A stretch of 51,475 bases of DNA from an uncultured bacterium. Lineage in GTDB: Bacteria; Acidobacteriota; HRBIN11; JAKEFK01. Location of the stretch: the NCBI GenBank assembly GCA_963777505.1, contig CAVZQN010000002.1, forward strand, positions 1-51,475, written 5' to 3'. Below the pieces are notes generated by a model. That model was not told the DNA's origin, ran no database searches, and worked only from the letters and a program-made list of their open reading frames with translations. A program made the translations under genes and the position numbers. Of the stretch, positions 46,602-51,475 are shown one piece after another; the stretch's first letter is position 1; every line of letters starts with the position of its first letter.

Positions 46602-49250
46602 TTAAAAGCTGTATCTTGCCTCAATTGCATAGCGACGTGGCAAAATTGGACGAGCGTTGAAGAAGAAAACAGCGGATGGTCTTGAAGGATCGACTCGAGG
46701 ATCACCTTCTTCAAAACCCTGCGATTGAGTAAGGTTTAAAACCCGACCCGTGATAGTAATTCCGCTATCTTCAATTTCGTATGCTGCTCCCAGGTTTATA
46801 TACGTGAAAGCCTCCAGTTTCACCGATTCGTCTTCATTCTTTCGTTCGCCAACAAAGTGCCAGTCAAACAAGAGCCGTGCATCGTCACCGATGTTATATG
46901 CCGCTTCGAAATCGAGTATGGCGGGAACGAATCCACGATAGATGGTCCCCGTATTTCCGGGAGCATCTATATCAATCAAAGTTGCAATGCCGCGAAGTTC
47001 TAATCCACCTATCGGACGAGTTACAGTTTCGAGCTCGAAGCCCCATGAACTGGAATCAGGCTGCGGCGTTGTTACGAAAATAGGATCACCCGTAACCGGG
47101 TCGAATTCTACCCCGCGACCGATTATGTTGTACACCTTGCCGTAAAAGAAGGTGCCTGTAAAAGCGACTTCCGGTCCGGAATACTTCACTCCGGTTTCAA
47201 AGACTCTGGATTTTGACGGTTCAATCAGTTCAACGATCTCCTGTCTTTGTTCGAAGAGAAAATCATCCAGGGCGTTGAATCTGAAGCCGCGAGTGAACGC
47301 ACCATATACGGCCAATGTATCCTCACTTAGTTCAAAATTGGCACCTAACGAATAGGCTGTATCGTTAAGATCAAACTCAAATTGTCTGAAAGTATTGTTG
47401 CCAAAAGCTTCTCTGTCATAAATGGTTCGTGGGTCCTCATCGAGATCGAATGTTGAGCTGTTTTCAGCAATCGAGACGTAATTCTGACGTTCGTGGCGAA
47501 TTGCAAAATCAAGCCGGAGTCGATCTCCAATTGTCACTTCATCCGAACCATAGATAGCGAACAGAGTGTTGTTCCCATCCCCATTAACGTATGTATTGAG
47601 GAATTGCCGAAATCCGTTCAAGGTTACATTTAATTGTGATCCATCCGGTTGGGTAACGACCATATCCACGAAACGCGGATTATCTCGAACGTCGGTGAGG
47701 ATGCTGGTGAAGCGCCACTGATTCTGTTGCGTGTAGTATGCGAAGTAGCTTCCCACTCCAATCTTGTGATCACCATATATTTTTCGGACCGACAGTTGAT
47801 TCGCAAAGCTGGAAATAGGCTTGTCTACACGGAATTGCTGACCTGCATTAATCAGTCCGTTTTCTGTGCTAAAAGGAACTTTTGCTCCGGTGTTCGGATC
47901 ACGACCAAAGTTCGTGTACAGAAGTTCAAAGGTTGAGCCTGCTGGCACGGTTCCATCGTTAACGAGACCATTTAAAACACCTTGGGCCCATTCATTAGCA
48001 ATCTGAGGTGCATTCGGGACCATTGCATTCCATTGATGATCGACTGACATAGTCTGAATAACATCTTCAAATTGCCAACCGTCACCGAACTCTAAATTTA
48101 TCTGTCCCTGTGCCCAGGCGCCATTGGTGTGGATGCCGTCATCCAATGGGAAGACCAAATCCTCGCCTCGGACAAGTGGGACCGAGATGTCCACTCCTTC
48201 TTTGCTGTGGTACCCTCCCGTCTCAGAGAACCCTTGAACCAGTTCAGGATCATTAGGATTTTGGTGAGGAAGTGGCAGGATGAAGAGGTTCCGGTCATCA
48301 AGATACTTCACAGAAAGCCTGAAAAATCCGTTATCCATAAGCCGGGTGACGTTGCCTTTTAGCTGACCACCCTTAACGGCTGGATAATCAACATCCCGAA
48401 CAGCGCCATCATAGCGGTAGAAGCCACCAAAACTGAAACGCCATTCATCTGTGAGGGGTCCGTTGAGATTAAAATCAAATCGACCCAAGCCGCGTGTGCC
48501 GGCGGTTAATTTCGAGACACCATGAAGTACGTCTCCTCCTGTCTTATTGAGGAAGTTCACGGTGGCTCCTGTTGTGGTAGACCCAAAAATCGGAGAAGTT
48601 CCACCGCGCAATACTTCAATTGAGTCAATATTTTCATCCGGTCGGATCAAATTATCGGCATTCATGAAGAAGATGTGCATGGTGGGATAGACCTGCATCC
48701 CATCTTCCTGGAGATTTACGCTTTCTACTCCAAATATACCGCGAACGCTAAGATTTTGATTGACCTCACCGCCAGAACTCTCCACGCGTGTAAACCCGGG
48801 AACTCGCCGTAAGTACTCAGTTGCACTGCGCGGAACGGAGTCATTGAGCTCCTCTGTGGTTAGTGTGCTAATTGCAGAACTGGATTCGATCATCCTTTCT
48901 GGAGTCGCTGTGCCGGTGACAATGATTTCTTCCAGTGATAGAAGATCGATTCGTAAGGCAAAATCTTGGGTTACAGTTTGCCCGGCATTCACCGTTACTT
49001 CCGAAGTACCAGAACGGTACGAGTAAGTGCTCGCCTGAAGAGTGTGTGGCCCGCTAGGCACATCAGGGATTGTGTATGTGCCATCGGCATCAGAAGTGAC
49101 TCTTATCTGGGTACCAACAACTTCAACAACTGCACCCGGAAGAGGTTGTCCTTCATCATCCGTCACCTTTCCCGTAATCGTACCAGTTTGTGCAAATGCA
49201 AGTGTTGCAGTGAAAAGGAGCATGAATATGAACATGGATCGAAATTTCAT
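46602..49250 (-). CDS. TonB-dependent receptor with N-terminal carboxypeptidase-regulatory-like domain
   Basis: Signal peptide, GTITGKVTD..PLPGA, EEIIVTG, IEVLRGG plug motif, terminal YSF; GGAGG RBS before ATG 49250. Confidence 0.92.
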   Translation of the reverse strand: MKFRSMFIFMLLFTATLAFAQTGTITGKVTDDEGQPLPGAVVEVVGTQIRVTSDADGTYTIPDVPSGPHTLQASTYSYRSGTSEVTVNAGQTVTQDFALRIDLLSLEEIIVTGTATPERMIESSSAISTLTTEELNDSVPRSATEYLRRVPGFTRVESSGGEVNQNLSVRGIFGVESVNLQEDGMQVYPTMHIFFMNADNLIRPDENIDSIEVLRGGTSPIFGSTTTGATVNFLNKTGGDVLHGVSKLTAGTRGLGRFDFNLNGPLTDEWRFSFGGFYRYDGAVRDVDYPAVKGGQLKGNVTRLMDNGFFRLSVKYLDDRNLFILPLPHQNPNDPELVQGFSETGGYHSKEGVDISVPLVRGEDLVFPLDDGIHTNGAWAQGQINLEFGDGWQFEDVIQTMSVDHQWNAMVPNAPQIANEWAQGVLNGLVNDGTVPAGSTFELLYTNFGRDPNTGAKVPFSTENGLINAGQQFRVDKPISSFANQLSVRKIYGDHKIGVGSYFAYYTQQNQWRFTSILTDVRDNPRFVDMVVTQPDGSQLNVTLNGFRQFLNTYVNGDGNNTLFAIYGSDEVTIGDRLRLDFAIRHERQNYVSIAENSSTFDLDEDPRTIYDREAFGNNTFRQFEFDLNDTAYSLGANFELSEDTLAVYGAFTRGFRFNALDDFLFEQRQEIVELIEPSKSRVFETGVKYSGPEVAFTGTFFYGKVYNIIGRGVEFDPVTGDPIFVTTPQPDSSSWGFELETVTRPIGGLELRGIATLIDIDAPGNTGTIYRGFVPAILDFEAAYNIGDDARLLFDWHFVGERKNEDESVKLEAFTYINLGAAYEIEDSGITITGRVLNLTQSQGFEEGDPRVDPSRPSAVFFFNARPILPRRYAIEARYSF

Positions 49251-49351
49251 CTGTCGACCTCCTTCGGCTTTCAATCGCTAACCATTAGCGCCGTATTAAT
49301 CTATCTTTAACAAAGTTGAAAAAAATTGTCAAAGATTTTTGACACAAGTTT

Positions 49352-51433
49352 TTAATTCTGAACTGCTTGCCGGAAGACCCATTCTGGTGCAATTAGTTGA
49401 TTTAGTTTTGCGCGAATTTCATCTGGCAGGATTCGCAATGCTAACTGATAGGAAGCATTTGTCCAACCAAATCCTTCGCGCGTAATATACGAGAATTTCG
49501 TTCCGACATTTCCATACTCAGCAAAAACTTGATGCGATCTCGTGACCACATCAAATTTCTCGGGGATCGTACCGTTATAATATGCAGCATTAACGGTAAT
49601 CGTATAAAGCCATCGATACATTAGACGGTTGGCATCATTCGTGAAGCCATAATTATTTAAGCCAACCCAGGCAAGAACTTGATGGGGGGACCAGCCATGT
49701 GGATAATCCCATTGTCTCAATGGATGATCTGGGGTTATTGGACCACGTGATTCTTCTGTGGAGCTTACAATCCCGCCTGGCATTTCTAATAATGGCAATG
49801 CTTTGGCAATCAATTGTGCTGCCTGTTCCTTGCTGGCAACACCCGCCCACAGAGGATAAAGCGTCGTTGCACTGACATAGTTAATCTGTTTGCCGTTTAC
49901 GAAATCATAGTCAAAGTACATTCCGCTTTCGGCATTCCAAAGATAACGATTGATGAGTTCTTTGCGCTTTTCTGCTCTCTTTTTCCAATCTAAACTTGTT
50001 TCTTTCGTTCCGTTGGCCAAACTCAATAACCCACCGAATTCATTTTCCAGTGTTTCAGCGATATCAATCTCGATTTTGTAAAGAAGCGAATTTAAATCTA
50101 CAGTTGCCAGATCTGCACAACGGTTTTCTAATCGATAACTCGTATCATGCCCTGATTCCCGCATACAGCGGTCATGCACGAAATATATATCCAGTTCGGG
50201 AACTTTCAATTTTCCCGATTTATATGCCTCCTCAAGGGCTTTCGGTTCCATGCCATGCTTCTTGGAGTATTGCGCATATACGACGTCAAAATGGCCCGGC
50301 TCGACTTCTGGAGGCTGACCAAATCCGGAATCAAAATAGCGGCTCAGTCCGACTTTGGTAAGCCGGTTTGGATTCATCCAGACATGTCGATACTCCAGAA
50401 TTGCCGCCTGCAATACATTACGAAGCCAGGTTTTACTCGGTTCATTTTTTGGGAGATGTTTATAGACTGCGAGTGCCATCGAGGTTAGAAAAGGTGGTTG
50501 AGAGCGAGTCAAGTAATACGTCCGGTTTGCATTGAGGATTGCACCATAGAAAGTGATCTCGTAGACAAAATTGTCTACCATTGATTTCGCCAATTCCAAA
50601 CGGTTATCTTCGAGAAGTCCCAGTGTTATGAAGTAGCTATCCCAGCCATACATCTCATTGAATCTTCCTCCAGGCACAACAAATGGAAGCGCATCCGGTT
50701 TTCCATTGTTCGAAGCAACTCCAAGACTTAAAAGTCCATGATAACCATCGAGCTTTCGCACGTATTCAGGAGTAATCTTTTCGGGTAACACGTCTACTTT
50801 CATCTTGAGATCCGGACGGGATGCAAGAGCGGAATAATATTTGTGAGCGATTGGGTCGGACTTCGGTATATATAAATGATGAAAACCATCCTGTGTTTTC
50901 GTTTTCTCATCAGTTAAAGTTTTACTTAAACCTTTTTCATCGATGCGTCGAGTCAGTCCATCCCAGTAAAATTCACGGATCGATCTGGAAATTCGGTCAA
51001 CGGGTGGTTCAAAAATTCTTTCCACCCGAATATCGGCTTTATCTTTGGAGGCTTCCGAAGCCAGACTGAGTTCCTGTAATAAATTCGAAAGATAATAAGT
51101 CCCCGAAACTTCATATCTTTGGCCATTTGAAATTTCGATCCAGAATCGTTTATCTCCCCGTTCAGTCCCTTTGATGCGAGGATCCTCGATGGTGATTTTC
51201 TTGTCATCATCAGTGTCTTCATCTTCAAGGAGCTGCTGAAGTGTTTTTTGAACGTTTGTGATGGACTGGGAAAATAGAACATTATTGGAAAAGCAGAGCC
51301 ACACCATGATCAGGAGGGCGGGCCTCTGTGCCCGCCGATTAAAAATCATAAAAATCCCAAACCTCAACCACCGCCAAATGGATTTTCCTTGTACCAAGCC
51401 CATTGATATTTTTCCACTCCAAATCTTTTCCAT
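49352..51433 (-). CDS. Alpha,alpha-trehalase (GH37) with N-terminal Ca-binding-like motif; true start probably 51349 or downstream
   Basis: DTDDDKKITIED, PGGRFNEMYGWDSY, RSQPP, ESGHD, QWDYP, EGFGWTN. Confidence 0.92.
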   Translation of the reverse strand: MEKIWSGKISMGLVQGKSIWRWLRFGIFMIFNRRAQRPALLIMVWLCFSNNVLFSQSITNVQKTLQQLLEDEDTDDDKKITIEDPRIKGTERGDKRFWIEISNGQRYEVSGTYYLSNLLQELSLASEASKDKADIRVERIFEPPVDRISRSIREFYWDGLTRRIDEKGLSKTLTDEKTKTQDGFHHLYIPKSDPIAHKYYSALASRPDLKMKVDVLPEKITPEYVRKLDGYHGLLSLGVASNNGKPDALPFVVPGGRFNEMYGWDSYFITLGLLEDNRLELAKSMVDNFVYEITFYGAILNANRTYYLTRSQPPFLTSMALAVYKHLPKNEPSKTWLRNVLQAAILEYRHVWMNPNRLTKVGLSRYFDSGFGQPPEVEPGHFDVVYAQYSKKHGMEPKALEEAYKSGKLKVPELDIYFVHDRCMRESGHDTSYRLENRCADLATVDLNSLLYKIEIDIAETLENEFGGLLSLANGTKETSLDWKKRAEKRKELINRYLWNAESGMYFDYDFVNGKQINYVSATTLYPLWAGVASKEQAAQLIAKALPLLEMPGGIVSSTEESRGPITPDHPLRQWDYPHGWSPHQVLAWVGLNNYGFTNDANRLMYRWLYTITVNAAYYNGTIPEKFDVVTRSHQVFAEYGNVGTKFSYITREGFGWTNASYQLALRILPDEIRAKLNQLIAPEWVFRQAVQN

Positions 51434-51475
51434 GGGTTATCCAAAATATATTTCACGCAAGAGTAAAATTGTTCG

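Noticed and set aside
1-51475. Prophage, integrative element, defence island, tRNA or rRNA
   Set aside because: No integrase, transposase, phage structural, restriction/defence or structural RNA signatures recognised.

Overview
Gene-dense bacterial chromosomal segment (GC roughly mid-40s % by eye), most likely Acidobacteriota. This is inferred from a VWFA-related acidobacterial-type protein, 'LGPYEI'-type Ser/Thr kinases and a GspG-like protein. I found no rRNA, tRNA, CRISPR array, transposase or phage gene. Left to right: (1) an outer-membrane beta-barrel gene and a membrane-anchored ferredoxin/flavoprotein reductase; (2) acyl-CoA ligase, PLP enzymes, serine hydrolase-TPR, PIG-L deacetylase and acetamidase; (3) aldehyde dehydrogenase, a frameshifted class III aminotransferase, an ArsR/SRPBCC pair and an FAD oxidase; (4) kinase, VWA protein, M4/M36 peptidase and class I fumarase; (5) a sulfate-uptake unit, rrf2 > yezD/oscA-like > OprO/P porin > sbp > cysT > cysW > cysA fused to USP domains, with two matching candidate Rrf2 boxes; (6) a frameshifted kinase/propeller gene, a stand-alone RNR TSCPD domain, a metallothionein absent from the ORF track, a LigC-type ligase and a second ArsR; (7) a candidate trehalose/alpha-glucoside locus with secreted GH65, XylFGH-like ABC transporter, TonB-dependent receptor and GH37 trehalase. 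Intergenic DNA carries several REP-like palindrome families and one ~310-bp nested inverted repeat. The best novelty candidates are the USP-fused, porin-containing sulfate importer, the nested palindrome, the trehalose locus and several small proteins missing from the ORF track. All family calls come from motif recognition by eye, not database searches.
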